A DNA stretch of 64,000 bases, from the NCBI GenBank assembly GCA_963719085.1, contig CAVRAL010000001.1, positions 352,378-416,377 of the forward strand, given 5' to 3'. The DNA comes from a candidate division FCPU426 bacterium (GTDB taxonomy: Bacteria > Oederibacteriota > Muellerivitia > Muellerivitales > Muellerivitaceae). A program made the position numbers and the translations under genes. Shown here piece after piece: positions 18,558-30,100 of this stretch; the first letter of the stretch is position 1, and every line of letters begins with the position of its first letter. The notes below the pieces were generated by a model, which saw only the letters and a program-made list of their open reading frames with translations, made no database searches and was not told the DNA's origin.

Positions 18558-19610
18558 ATGAATCGTGTCCATCCCAAAACCAAGCTGGTTTGCACCATCG
18601 GCCCCGCTTGCCGCTCCGACGCCATGCTGGAAAAACTTCTGGTGGCCGGCATGAACGTGGCCCGGATCAATTTCGCCCACGGCACCATTGAGAAGAACGG
18701 CGAGGACATCCACCGCGTCCGCAAGGCTTCCCTCAAAACCAAGCGCCCCTGCCAAATTTTGGCCGACCTGCCGGGCCCCAAGATCCGCGTAGGCCAATTG
18801 CGGCACGAGCCCGTGAACCTGGTGCATGGCAAGACCGTTTGGCTCACCACCCGAAAAATTTCCGGCAACGTGGCCCATATCCCCATCGAGTATCCCCAGC
18901 TTACCCAAAGCGTGAAGAAGGGGAGCGTGATCTACCTCAATGACGGCTTCATGCAACTGCTGGTCCTTTCGGTCAAGGGGACCGAGGTGGAATGTAAGGT
19001 GCTGGTGGGCGGGGAATTGTTCACCCACAAGGGATTGAACCTTCCCTCGGCGAAGCTTTTCGTGGACCCTGTGACACCCCATGACCTGGAGATTTTGGAG
19101 TACGGCATGAAGGAGGGGGTGGACTTCTTCGGGGTTTCCTTTGTCCAACGGGCAGCCGATCTGCTGAAAGTTCGCGCCTTCGCCAGCAAGCGGGGGAAAA
19201 TCGTCAAGATCATCGCCAAAATTGAGCGTTCGGAAGCCATCCGCAACATCGATTCCATCCTCAAGGTCACCGACGGAATCATGGTGGCCCGGGGCGACTT
19301 GGGCGTGGAAGTTCCCATTGAGACCATGCCCATCCTCCAAAAGCGGCTCATCGCCAAGGCCAACTGGGCCGGGGTGCCGGTCATCACGGCCACCCAGATG
19401 CTGGAATCCATGACCCACAACATCCGCCCTACCCGGGCGGAAGTCACCGACGTGGCCAACGCCATTTTGGACGGAACCGACGGCGTCATGCTCTCGGGCG
19501 AGACCGCCATCGGCGAGGACCCGGTCAATACGGTGGAAATGATGGGCAAGATCGCCGTTTCGGTGGAAAAAGCTTTCCTGAAGGAAAAATCAGCGGTGCA
19601 TTGGTTTTAA
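18558..19610 (+). CDS. pyk: pyruvate kinase, short form (A+B domains only, ~350 aa)
   Basis: [11 protein letters not shown]...[11 protein letters not shown]...; barrel and lid present, ORF stops where the C-terminal effector domain normally begins. Confidence 0.75.
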   Translation: MNRVHPKTKLVCTIGPACRSDAMLEKLLVAGMNVARINFAHGTIEKNGEDIHRVRKASLKTKRPCQILADLPGPKIRVGQLRHEPVNLVHGKTVWLTTRKISGNVAHIPIEYPQLTQSVKKGSVIYLNDGFMQLLVLSVKGTEVECKVLVGGELFTHKGLNLPSAKLFVDPVTPHDLEILEYGMKEGVDFFGVSFVQRAADLLKVRAFASKRGKIVKIIAKIERSEAIRNIDSILKVTDGIMVARGDLGVEVPIETMPILQKRLIAKANWAGVPVITATQMLESMTHNIRPTRAEVTDVANAILDGTDGVMLSGETAIGEDPVNTVEMMGKIAVSVEKAFLKEKSAVHWF

Positions 19611-19628
19611 AGTCTTCCGGCAAAAAAA

Positions 19629-19800
19629 TTAGCAATGATATCCCGGGATTCCATATTGTGGTTAAAGATACCCGGGACAATGTCGCTCTCCCCTAACTTC
19701 TAAATGAGGAAGCGACGCGAACGCAGATGGAAGCCGATAGAAGATTTGTGAACCATTTGAATTTGTTTAATCCGCGTGTATCTGCGTTCATCATTGCTAA
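19629..19800. repeat. family-D inverted repeat, copy D2 (split left arm with internal CCCGGG hairpin)
   Basis: TTAGCAATGAT[...ATCCCGGGAT...ATACCCGGGAC...]GCGAACGCAGATGG ... TATCTGCGTTCATCATTGCTAA; overlaps GT1 stop codon. Confidence 0.6.
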
Positions 19801-20951
19801 TAGGTCTTTTGATTTTTCTTTTCCAATAACTTCCGGTAAAAATCCATGTTCAATTGGCTGAGGGTTTCCAGGCTGAAGCGAAGCGCGCTTTTGCGGTTGG
19901 ATTTCCCGAGCCGCGTCAAATCCTTCGGCGCGCGCGCGAGGGCCAGCAAGGCTTTGGCCCAATCCGCCGGATTGTCCGACTCCATTAAAATTCCGCCGCG
20001 GGAGTGGATCACCTCGGTATTGAGGATGTCGCCGACCCCGCCCCCGGCGCGGGCGATGACCGGCCTTTCGCAGGCCATGGCTTCCACGATGGCTAATCCG
20101 AAAGACTCCGCCGGAGCGCCATGGACCGCGATGTCCAAGGCGGATAAAAAGCCCGGAATGTCGGACACGTAGCCTTCGTAATCAAACAAACCGTCCAAAC
20201 CCAATTCTTTTTTGAGGCGAAAAAGCCCTTCGGCGTAATTTTTCTCATCCGGCGCGGTTTGGCCGGCGACCTTGAACCGAAGCTTAGGATTTTTTTTCAC
20301 CATCAAGGCCGCGGTTTTTAAAAGAAGTTCCTGGCCCTTGCCGGGCGTAAGCCGGGCCACCATGCCCACAATAGTATTTTTTTCCATCCTCCAAGCCGCG
20401 CGGATTTTCTCGCGTTGGGCCGCGTGAAATTGGAAGCGCTTCGTGTCCACCGGCGCGTAGCCCACGGCCACCCGTTCCGGGTCCACCGGGCAGGTCTCAA
20501 TCACATTCTCCCGGATCATGGTCGAGCATCCTAAAACCCGGTCCACGCGGTCATAGAGGAAGCGGTGCAGGGGGTCTTTTTTTTGGACCCGGGACTCCAC
20601 ATGCTTGGAAAGCAGCAGGGGGCCTTTCCACTTAAACGCGCGCAAGATGGGCACCAAAAACCAAAGGTCCCGGGAATGATGGACGTGGATGACATCGGGC
20701 TTGAATTTCAAAAGGGCGCGGGCGGTATCCCAAAACCCGCTGGGATTCAGGTAGGACCGAAAACGATAAGGGAAAAGCGGGAAACCCTGGCGGACGGTTT
20801 CCTGCCCTAAGGAAGTATCCGGGTTGGTCCAAAGGACGGCTTGGTGGCCCAAGCGGCGGTATTGTTCGGCGAAAAGCAGGGGCACTTTTTCCCGGCCGCC
20901 CCAGCCCTTGGAGGCGATGACTTGGGCGATCTTTAAAGAGTTCTTTTTCAC
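19797..20951 (-). CDS. family 1 (GT4-type) glycosyltransferase
   Basis: 384 aa; C-terminal E-x7-E region (ESFGLAIVEAMA), GT-B fold pattern. Confidence 0.8.
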   Translation of the reverse strand: MKKNSLKIAQVIASKGWGGREKVPLLFAEQYRRLGHQAVLWTNPDTSLGQETVRQGFPLFPYRFRSYLNPSGFWDTARALLKFKPDVIHVHHSRDLWFLVPILRAFKWKGPLLLSKHVESRVQKKDPLHRFLYDRVDRVLGCSTMIRENVIETCPVDPERVAVGYAPVDTKRFQFHAAQREKIRAAWRMEKNTIVGMVARLTPGKGQELLLKTAALMVKKNPKLRFKVAGQTAPDEKNYAEGLFRLKKELGLDGLFDYEGYVSDIPGFLSALDIAVHGAPAESFGLAIVEAMACERPVIARAGGGVGDILNTEVIHSRGGILMESDNPADWAKALLALARAPKDLTRLGKSNRKSALRFSLETLSQLNMDFYRKLLEKKNQKTY

Positions 20952-21104
20952 GGGAGTTCATTCCGGTTGCTGAATGTGGGACAACCGCTTGATTTTAGCA
21001 GGAGGACGGCGCGGCCGCTTGGAATTCGAGTCCCCGGCGACCTTCGAGGACAAAACTTTTGGATTTATATACCGGAGTTCCTTTTTCCTGATTTTGCCGT
21101 GTTT

Positions 21105-21264
21105 TGTCGTTGCGAGGGACGAACTTTGTGGCGAAGCGACCCCAGTTCATGGATTGTGTTCACTTTGCGGCGGACGGCCATCTCCAAAGGCATATTAAAT
21201 ACCCACTAACTGAGGTTGCTTCGTCGCTAACACCCATGAAAGACGCTCCCCGCAATGCCGTCGA
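21105..21264. repeat. MITE-like element B, copy 1 (imperfect ~16-bp terminal inverted repeats)
   Basis: Left TGTCGTTGCGAGGGACGAACTTTG, right GACGCTCCCCGCAATGCCGTCG; interior ~70% identical to copy 2. Confidence 0.6.
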
Positions 21265-21369
21265 ACCCCAGCTCTGCTTTCGCCTCGGGTTAAAACTTTT
21301 CAGGAAAAAAGGCCTGTTCATTCAGCCTCCGCCGGGTAAAATCGGGGCACCTTCTGGAGAAGGAAGCTC

Positions 21370-22224
21370 ATGAATCTTGATTTATCCGTTCGATTCAAAA
21401 AAGAATTCTTATTGGGCGACCTGCTCTACCATTCGAGCCAGGCCATGATGGAACTATTGTCCCTGCCCACCGGCCCGGACTTGAGGGTGGAAATCGACGA
21501 GGACGACAAAAAGATCCAGTTGGACGGCGAGTTTTTGTGCGGGACCCAGTGTCCGATCCTTTTTATCGGCTTCAAAAACCAAACCCCCAAAATCAAGATG
21601 ATCATTTATGAGATCGATCCCAACCAGGATTTTCTTCCCGAGGAAGAAAAGGGCTTGCGGGCGGGCATCCTGGCCGGCGACGGGGAAGACCAATGGGGCG
21701 ATCCGCTCCAAATCGCCCTGGCGGCCAGCGTGGCCATCGCCTTGGCCCGGATTGAGGGATGTAAAATCCGCGACTACAAATCCAGCCTCGGCGCCGGTGA
21801 TTTTCAAACCGCCGGGGAACTCATCCACTCGCTCCGGGTTTTCTCGGAATTTAAGGACATCCAAAAAGCCGCCCAGGTTCTTTTTGAAAAAACGCCGCTG
21901 GCCTTGATGATGGGCCCAAGGTTGAAGTCGATCCAATTGGAAGAAGAGATGGACAAGCTCATGATCGAGATGTTGGGGCTGGTGAAGATCCAAAAACGCA
22001 TCGATATCGCGGTCTTCACCCGGTTTTACCGGCTGTTGGATGAGATGATTGAGGCCACGGATAATGACCCCGGCCCCCGCCGAAATTTGATTGGTTTCCT
22101 TTGCCTGATCTACGAGTATCTGCTCGAGGAACTGCGTTACGCCAAGGATCCGGAAGAGTTTCAGGCCGAGATCCAGCGGCTGAAAGAAAAAATTTCCAAG
22201 CTTGGTTTTCAAATGCCGGCTTGA
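21370..22224 (+). CDS. hypothetical protein (284 aa), no recognisable motif
   Basis: Clean ORF, acidic, predicted cytoplasmic; 6 nt from next ORF. Confidence 0.55.
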   Translation: MNLDLSVRFKKEFLLGDLLYHSSQAMMELLSLPTGPDLRVEIDEDDKKIQLDGEFLCGTQCPILFIGFKNQTPKIKMIIYEIDPNQDFLPEEEKGLRAGILAGDGEDQWGDPLQIALAASVAIALARIEGCKIRDYKSSLGAGDFQTAGELIHSLRVFSEFKDIQKAAQVLFEKTPLALMMGPRLKSIQLEEEMDKLMIEMLGLVKIQKRIDIAVFTRFYRLLDEMIEATDNDPGPRRNLIGFLCLIYEYLLEELRYAKDPEEFQAEIQRLKEKISKLGFQMPA

Positions 22225-22230
22225 GGGCGG

Positions 22231-22620
22231 ATGCGAGTGAAATTAAGCGATTTGTTCACGAAAAATATCTACGTGACTTCCCCCCGCGACCCGGAAGCCT
22301 TTTTCCACCCCCGCCGTTACGCGAAATCCAAGGAAGAGGTGGGAAAGGCCGTCTATGAGGTGGTGGCCCGATTGAAGGGTTGGACGGTCCAGGAATACCG
22401 GGAAAACCAGGGCCGGGTCCACGTTTTACGCCAGGGCTTTTTACCCCTGTGGATGGAAGACGTTAATATCTATATCGTCCAGGGTTTGGACGGGACCACC
22501 AAGCTGGAAGCCACCTCCCAATCCAGGGCGGGCCGGGGCGACTGGGGACAGAACCGAAGAAACCTCAAAAAATTTCTCGCTCAAATGGATTCTTGGATGG
22601 CGGCTTCCACGCAAGTTTAA
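22231..22620 (+). CDS. hypothetical protein (129 aa)
   Basis: Clean ORF immediately downstream of 21370-22224. Confidence 0.5.
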   Translation: MRVKLSDLFTKNIYVTSPRDPEAFFHPRRYAKSKEEVGKAVYEVVARLKGWTVQEYRENQGRVHVLRQGFLPLWMEDVNIYIVQGLDGTTKLEATSQSRAGRGDWGQNRRNLKKFLAQMDSWMAASTQV

Positions 22621-22636
22621 GCGCGCCGGGTCGGTC

Positions 22637-22664
22637 TTGACAGAAGTCTTAAGACACGTATAAT
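22637..22664 (+). promoter_or_regulatory. sigma70-type promoter of the pyr operon: TTGACA(22637-22642)-16 nt-TATAAT(22659-22664)
   Basis: Perfect -35 and -10 hexamers read directly in the sequence upstream of pyrR leader. Confidence 0.6.
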
Positions 22665-22674
22665 TCAATCAGCC

Positions 22675-22710
22675 TTTAAACGGGTCCTGTGAGACCCCTA
22701 AGGAATAAAA
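22675..22710 (+). promoter_or_regulatory. PyrR binding loop (anti-antiterminator RNA) in pyr leader
   Basis: UUUAAACGGGUCCUGUGAGACCCCUAAGGAAUAA closely parallels B. subtilis BL1 UUUAAGGGCAGUCCAGAGAGGCUGAGAAGGAUAA (conserved UCCNGNGAG loop and AAGGA). Confidence 0.65.
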
Positions 22711-22741
22711 GCATGGCGCTCGCTTGCCCGCGCACAATTGA

Positions 22742-23368
<627 letters not shown>

Positions 23369-23375
23369 AAAAAAC

Positions 23376-23480
23376 TACGCACGCTAAGACGCAAAGACGC
23401 CAAGGAAGGCAAAGATTTTTGTTCGATGCCTCCCTAAGAGCTTCGTCGTTCTTAGCGTCTTTGCGTCTTTGCGTGAGCGG
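23376..23480 (+). repeat. family-A element, copy A5 (pyrR-pyrB intergenic)
   Basis: CGCACGCTAAGACGCAAAGACGCCAAGGAAGGC ... CGTCGTTCTTAGCGTCTTTGCGTCTTTGCGTGAGCGG; ends 13 nt before pyrB ATG. Confidence 0.75.
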
Positions 23481-23492
23481 TTGGTGGGCCGT

Positions 23493-24425
23493 ATGAATTG
23501 GCGCTCCAAAGACCTGCTCACGCTTGAGGAACTCACTGCCGCCGAGATCCAAATGATTTTGGATACGGCTTCCTCGCTGAAAGAAGTCTCGACCCGTTCG
23601 GTAAAAAAAGTGCCGGCCTTGCGGGGCCGCACCGTGGTGCTTTTCTTCCAAGAGCCTTCCACCCGCACCCGGGTTTCCTTTGAACTGGCCGCCAAGCGCA
23701 TGAGCGCCGACATCCTGAACGTCCAAACCGCTTCCTCGTCGCTAGTCAAGGGCGAGACCTTGATTGACACGGTCAAAACGCTGGAAGCCATGACCATCGA
23801 CGCGATCGTGGTGCGGCATTCCTGCTCGGGCGTGCCCCAGATGCTGTCGAATGTCTTGAAAGCCTCCGTCATCAACGCGGGAGACGGTTCCCATGAGCAC
23901 CCGACCCAAGGCTTGCTTGACCTTTTCACCATCCGCGAGCACAAAGGCAAAATCGAGGGCCTCACCGTCACCATCGTGGGCGACGTGGCCCACAGCCGGG
24001 TGGCCCGGTCCAATATCCACGGCCTTACCAAGCTCGGGGCCAGGGTCCGGGTTTGCGCGCCGCCCACGCTCATTCCGATGGGAATTGAAAAAATGGGAGT
24101 CGAAGTTTTTCACGACCTGGACAAGGCCCTGGACGGGACCGACGTGGTTTATGTGCTGAGGCTGCAGCTCGAGCGGCAAAAGAAAAATCTGTTTCCCACC
24201 ATCCGCGAATATTCCATGCTTTACGGCATGACCAACGAGCGGCTGAAACGGGCCAAAAAAGGCGCCATCGTGATGCATCCCGGGCCCATGAACCGCGGGG
24301 TGGAAATATCCTCCGGCGTGGCCGACGGGCCGGCATCGGTGATCGACGAACAGGTCACCAACGGGGTCGCGGTCCGAATGGCGGTTTTGTACCTGCTCCA
24401 AGGCGAAAAAAATGAAACCAATTAA
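23493..24425 (+). CDS. pyrB: aspartate carbamoyltransferase catalytic subunit
   Basis: STRTR carbamoyl-phosphate motif, HPTQ, 310 aa; ATG 23493 preferred because track TTG 23469 lies inside the repeat arm. Confidence 0.9.
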   Translation: MNWRSKDLLTLEELTAAEIQMILDTASSLKEVSTRSVKKVPALRGRTVVLFFQEPSTRTRVSFELAAKRMSADILNVQTASSSLVKGETLIDTVKTLEAMTIDAIVVRHSCSGVPQMLSNVLKASVINAGDGSHEHPTQGLLDLFTIREHKGKIEGLTVTIVGDVAHSRVARSNIHGLTKLGARVRVCAPPTLIPMGIEKMGVEVFHDLDKALDGTDVVYVLRLQLERQKKNLFPTIREYSMLYGMTNERLKRAKKGAIVMHPGPMNRGVEISSGVADGPASVIDEQVTNGVAVRMAVLYLLQGEKNETN

Positions 24426-24547
24426 CCGCCAAGACGCCAAGTCCGCCAAGAGAGGCGTTACAGATAAATCGATTTGGGACACCGAAAATATTTCTTCTCT
24501 AAAATCTTTAATCCGGACTTGGCGCGCTTGGCGTCTTGGCGGTGAAA
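24424..24547 (+). repeat. family-A element, copy A6 (pyrB-pyrC intergenic)
   Basis: AACCGCCAAGACGCCAAGTCCGCCAAGAGAGGC ... CCGGACTTGGCGCGCTTGGCGTCTTGGCGGTGAAAA; ends 14 nt before pyrC ATG. Confidence 0.75.
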
Positions 24548-24560
24548 ATGGAGCGCGTTT

Positions 24561-25844
24561 ATGAAGTCAATCCTCATCCAGGGCGGCCACGTCATCGATC
24601 CGGCGAATCAACTCGACGGCGAAGCGGATGTTTTCCTCAAGGATGGCAAGGTTGAGAAGGTCGGCAAAAATCTCAAGGTCAAAGCCGATCAAGTGATCGA
24701 CGCCAAGGGCAAGATCGTCACGCCGGGCCTGGTCGACATCCATGTGCACTTGCGGGAGCCCGGGTTTGAGTATAAAGAAACCATCGCCACCGGTACCCAC
24801 GCCGCTGTCGCGGGCGGGGTCACCTCGGTGGCCTGCATGCCCAACACCAACCCGCCCATCGACGACCAGACCATCGTTTACTTCATTAAGGCGAAGGCCG
24901 AAAAAGAAGGTTACTGCCACGTGTTTCCGGTGGGTTGTATCTCCAAGCGCCGGGAAGGCGCCGAGATGGCGGAGATCGGCGAGCTTAAGCGGGCGGGCGC
25001 GGTGGCCTTGTCCGACGACGGCGCGCCGGTGATGAACGCGGAGCTGATGCGCCGGGTGATGGAATACGCCAAGACCCAAGACCTGGTCGTGATCGAGCAT
25101 TGCGAGGACATGCATCTTTCCAATAACGGGGTCATGAACGAAGGCGCGCCCTCAACCGTCCTGGGGCTTCGGGGAATCCCGGCGGCGTCCGAGACGGTCA
25201 TGGTGGCCCGCAACATCCTGCTGGCGGAGATGACGGGAGCCAAGTTCCATGTGGCCCATCTTTCCACGGCCGGGTCGGTGGAGTTGGTGCGGCAAGCCAA
25301 GAAAAAGGGCCTGGCGGTCACCGCCGAAACCGCGCCCCATTACTGGAGCCTGTCGGACAAATCGATCAAAAACTACAACGCCAACTTCAAGATGAACCCG
25401 CCGCTACGCGGCGAGGAAGACGTGGCAGCCATCCGCAAAGGAATCAAGGAAGGCGTCATTGACTGCATCGCCACCGACCACGCCCCGCACGCGGGCACGG
25501 AAAAACAATGCGAGTTTGACCAAGCCGCCTTCGGAATCGTGGGGCTGGAAACCCTTTTTGCCCTGACCTACAGCCACTTGGTGGAACCCGGGGTCGTGAG
25601 CTTGTCCCGGGCCATTGAAATGCTGACGGTGGGACCTTCCAAAATCGTAAGCATCCCCAAAGGCACCTTGTCGGAGGGCGCGGACGCGGATGTGGCGATC
25701 TTCGATATCAAAAATGAGAAAAAAGTAGACTCCACCAAATTCAAAAGCAAAGGCAAGAACAGTCCGTTTAATGGCTGGGCTCTTAAAGGTTGGGCGGAAG
25801 TCACGATTGTGAGTGGAATAGTGAAGTACGAACGAGAAGATTAA
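24561..25844 (+). CDS. pyrC: dihydroorotase
   Basis: DIHVHLREPG metal-binding motif, 427 aa. Confidence 0.9.
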   Translation: MKSILIQGGHVIDPANQLDGEADVFLKDGKVEKVGKNLKVKADQVIDAKGKIVTPGLVDIHVHLREPGFEYKETIATGTHAAVAGGVTSVACMPNTNPPIDDQTIVYFIKAKAEKEGYCHVFPVGCISKRREGAEMAEIGELKRAGAVALSDDGAPVMNAELMRRVMEYAKTQDLVVIEHCEDMHLSNNGVMNEGAPSTVLGLRGIPAASETVMVARNILLAEMTGAKFHVAHLSTAGSVELVRQAKKKGLAVTAETAPHYWSLSDKSIKNYNANFKMNPPLRGEEDVAAIRKGIKEGVIDCIATDHAPHAGTEKQCEFDQAAFGIVGLETLFALTYSHLVEPGVVSLSRAIEMLTVGPSKIVSIPKGTLSEGADADVAIFDIKNEKKVDSTKFKSKGKNSPFNGWALKGWAEVTIVSGIVKYERED

Positions 25845-25856
25845 GCCAACAAAAAC

Positions 25857-25961
25857 GGCTCACGCAAAGACGCTAAGATGCCAAGGACGGCAAAGTCTGA
25901 TTTTGAGAAAAACTTAATGCTTTTGTAGTTCTTGGCGGACTTGGTGTCTTGGCGGTGAAAA
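25857..25961 (+). repeat. family-A element, copy A7 (pyrC-carA intergenic)
   Basis: GGCTCACGCAAAGACGCTAAGATGCCAAGGACGGC ... AGTTCTTGGCGGACTTGGTGTCTTGGCGGTGAAAAA. Confidence 0.7.
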
Positions 25962-25991
25962 AAATCTAAGGGGTTTTGGGTGGCTTCTAAA

Positions 25992-27170
25992 ATGAAAAAA
26001 GCGGTTTTGGCGCTCGAAGATGGTACTTGGTTTGAGGGATTGTCTTTTGGCGCGGAAGGAAAGTCCTTCGGCGAAGTCGTCTTCAACACGTCCATGACGG
26101 GCTATCAGGAAATTTTGACCGATCCTTCTTATAAGGGCCAGATGGTCACCATGACCTATCCCATGATCGGCAATTACGGCGTGAACCACGTGGATATCGA
26201 GTCCCGCAAGCCTTTCGTCGAAGGCTTCATCGTGAAGGAATATTGTAAACATCCTTCCAACTACCGCATGACCTCGAGTCTGGCCGATTACCTGAAAAAG
26301 AACAATATCATCGGCATCGAGGGCATCGACACCCGGGCCTTGACCGCTCATTTGCGGGAATTCGGCTCGAAGAAGGGCGTCCTCTCGACGACTGAACTGG
26401 ATCCCAAAAAGTTGGTCAAACAAGCCAAGGACAGTCCGGGGCTGGTTGGCCGGGATTTGGTAAAAGAAGTCACTTGCGACCGGCCCTACCACTGGACGGA
26501 ACTTCCTTACGATCTCAATGAGTTAGGAGTTGGGGGTTCAGAGTTGGGAGTTGAAAAGCAATTAAACCTTCAGCAGGAACACAAGAGCAACGGCAAAGCT
26601 AGAATCAAAATCGCCGCTCTCGATTGCGGGATCAAATACAACATCCTTCGTCAATTAACCGCACAGGGATTTGATGTGACGGTTTTCCCGGCCACCACGC
26701 CGGTGGAGGCCTTGATGGACGCCCATGTGAAAGGCGTTTTTCTTTCTAATGGTCCCGGCGACCCTGAGGGCGTACCTTACGTGGTCGACACGGTCCGCCA
26801 GCTGATCCACCGCAACATGCCGATTTTCGGCATCTGCTTGGGGCATCAAATTTTGGGGTTGGCCATGGGCGGCAAGACCTACAAGATGAAGTTCGGCCAT
26901 CGGGGCGGAAATCAGCCGGTACTGAACCTCTTTACCAAGAAGGTCGAGATCACCAGCCAAAACCACGGCTTTTGCGTGGAAACGGAAAGCCTGAATCCGG
27001 ATGAAGTGGAGTCCACTCACTTGAACCTTTCGGACAACACCAGCGAGGGATTGGCCTTGAAGCACAAGCCGGTCTATAGCGTGCAATATCATCCGGAAGC
27101 CTCGCCCGGACCGCATGACGCGGATTATTTATTCAAAATGTTCAGAGAACTGGTGGAAAAAAATGCCTAA
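25992..27170 (+). CDS. carA: carbamoyl-phosphate synthase small (glutaminase) subunit
   Basis: GICLGHQ class I GATase catalytic Cys; ATG 25992 (track reports GTG 25980). Confidence 0.9.
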   Translation: MKKAVLALEDGTWFEGLSFGAEGKSFGEVVFNTSMTGYQEILTDPSYKGQMVTMTYPMIGNYGVNHVDIESRKPFVEGFIVKEYCKHPSNYRMTSSLADYLKKNNIIGIEGIDTRALTAHLREFGSKKGVLSTTELDPKKLVKQAKDSPGLVGRDLVKEVTCDRPYHWTELPYDLNELGVGGSELGVEKQLNLQQEHKSNGKARIKIAALDCGIKYNILRQLTAQGFDVTVFPATTPVEALMDAHVKGVFLSNGPGDPEGVPYVVDTVRQLIHRNMPIFGICLGHQILGLAMGGKTYKMKFGHRGGNQPVLNLFTKKVEITSQNHGFCVETESLNPDEVESTHLNLSDNTSEGLALKHKPVYSVQYHPEASPGPHDADYLFKMFRELVEKNA

Positions 27171-30100
27171 ACGAACTGACATCAAAAAAATTCTTGTCGT
27201 CGGGGCCGGGCCCATCATCATCGGCCAGGCCTGTGAATTTGACTACTCCGGAACCCAAGGTTGCAAAGCGCTCAAAGAAGAGGGCTTTGAGGTCATCTTG
27301 ATCAACTCCAACCCGGCTACGATCATGACGGACCCGGAATTCGCCCACCGCACCTATGTGGAACCCATCACGCCTGAAGTCGTCCGTAAGATCATTGAAA
27401 GGGAACGGCCCGATGCCATGCTTCCGACCTTGGGAGGGCAGACGGCACTCAATATCGCGGTGGCCCTCGCCGAAAACGGCACCTTGAACGAATTCAAAGT
27501 AGAACTCATTGGCGCCAATTTGGCCGCCATTAAAAAGGCCGAAGACCGCCAACTTTTTAAAGAAGCCATGCTCAAGATCGGGCTCGATCTTCCGAAATCA
27601 CTGACCGTCCACACGCTTGAAGAGGGAATTGGCTTCGCCGAAGGCAATGGTTTCCCGGTCATTATCCGTCCCGCCTTCACGCTGGGCGGAACCGGCGGCG
27701 GTATCGCTTACAACCGCCAAGAGTTTGAGGAAATTCTCTCGAAGGGAATCGACCTTTCGCCCATCCACCAATGCTTGGTCGAGGAATCGGCCTTGGGTTG
27801 GAAAGAATATGAGATGGAAGTGATGCGGGACCTGAAAGACAACGTGGTCATCATCTGCTCCATCGAGAACATGGACCCCATGGGGATTCACACCGGTGAC
27901 TCGGTCACCGTGGCCCCGGCGCAAACCCTGACGGACAAAGAATATCAACGCATGCGCGACGCCTCCATCGCCTGCATCCGGGAGATCGGCGTGGATACGG
28001 GTGGATCGAACATCCAGTTCGGCGTGGACCCGAAGACAGGCCGCATGGTGGTGATCGAGATGAATCCCCGGGTCTCCCGGTCTTCCGCCTTGGCCTCCAA
28101 AGCGACCGGATTTCCCATCGCTAAGATCGCGGCCAAACTGGCCGTGGGTTACACGTTGGATGAAATCTTTAACGACATCACCCGATATACCAAGGCGGCT
28201 TTCGAGCCTTCCATCGATTATGTGGTCACCAAAATCCCGCGCTTCACCTTTGAAAAGTTTCCCGATGCCGAGGATATCCTGAATACCTCCATGAAGAGCG
28301 TGGGGGAAACCATGGCGATCGGCCGCACGTTTAAAGAGAGCTACCAAAAGGCGCTTCGGTCCATGGAAACCGGCAGTACGGGTTATGGGGCCGAGGGCCG
28401 TGAATTCAAGGACGGCCGCTGGCAAAAGACCGGTGTCCGCAAACCGGGGAAATTGCCGGTAGACCTTTTGGAAGCTCAACTGCGTAAGCCGACCTCCATC
28501 CGCCACTTTTTTATCCGCCAGGCTTTTTGGCAGGGTTATGACGTGGATAAGATTTACAAATTGTGCGCCATCGACCCTTGGTTCTTGAATGAGCTGAAAG
28601 AAATCGTGGACATGGAAAAGGCGCTGGAAAAATCCACGGCCAAATCGGGAAAACTCACGACTAAACTGCCGGAAGATCTTTTGCGCCAAGCCAAGGCCAT
28701 GGGGTTCTCCGACGTCCAATTGGCGTTCCTGTGTAAGGCGAAGGAAACCGCGGTCCGGAGCTATCGGAAACTCAAAGGCGTCAAACCGGTCTATAAGATG
28801 GTGGATACCTGCGCCGGCGAATTTGAGGCTTTCACGCCTTACCTTTATTCCACTTATGAATTAGGTAAATCGTCCTTCGCCGGAAAAGATACCGAAGCCC
28901 CTCCGACTAAAGAGCAAAAGATCATGATCTTAGGCGGCGGCCCCAACCGCATCGGCCAGGGAATTGAGTTCGACTATTGCTGCGTGCACGGCGCCTTCGC
29001 GCTTCGAGCCGACGGATATGAAGTCATTATGGTCAACAACAACCCGGAAACGGTCTCGACCGACTACGACACGTCCAACCGGCTTTATTTTGAGCCTTTG
29101 ACTTTTGAGGATGTGATGAACATTTTGGATCGGGAAAAACCCAAAGGCGTTATCGTCCAATTCGGCGGCCAGACGCCTCTAAAACTGGCGGTGCCGCTCA
29201 AACAAGCGGGAGCCCCCATCATCGGCACTTCGCCGGAATCCATTGATGTGGCGGAAGACCGCAAGCTTTTCGGGGCTTTGCTCAAGCGCCTCAAGATCCG
29301 TCAGCCGGACAACGGCATCGCCATGAACGTGAAGCAGGCCAAACCCGTGGCCCGCAAGGTCGGTTATCCCGTTGTGGTGCGTCCTTCTTATGTATTGGGC
29401 GGGCGGGCCATGGAAATCGTATATGACGAAGAATCCTTGGACGAGTTTGTCCAAAAGGCGGCGGAAGCGGCTCCTGACAAGCCCATCTTGATCGACCACT
29501 TTTTGGAAGACGCCTTGGAAGTGGACGTGGATTGCGTGTCTGACGGCAAAGAAGTATTGGTGGCGGGCATCATGGAACATATCGAGGAAGCGGGCATCCA
29601 CTCGGGCGACTCCGCCTGCGTGATTCCGCCCTATACCTTGCGCGAGGACCAGATCGCGGCGATCAAAAAGCACAGCAAAGAAATGGCCTTGGCTTTGAAG
29701 GTGAAGGGGTTGATGAACGTGCAGTACGCCATCAAGAACGACATGGTTTATGTCTTGGAAGTGAATCCCCGGGCTTCCCGCACCGTGCCATTTGTCTCGA
29801 AAGCCACGGGAACTTCCTGGGCCAAGGTGGCGGCCCGCCTGATGGCGGGGAAGAGCATCGCTCTGCTCAAGATAAAAGAAGTTTCCTATCTCAAACACGT
29901 GGCCGTGAAAGAATCCGTGTTTCCCTTCAACCGCTTCCCGGGCGTGGATACGGTTTTGGGCCCTGAAATGAAATCTACCGGCGAAGTGATGGGCATCGAC
30001 ACCGATTTCGGCATGGCTTTTTCCAAAAGCCAGATGGGCGCGAACTCGTCTTTGCCCATGAAGGGAACGGTGTTTGTGTCGGTGAAGAATAAGGACAAGC

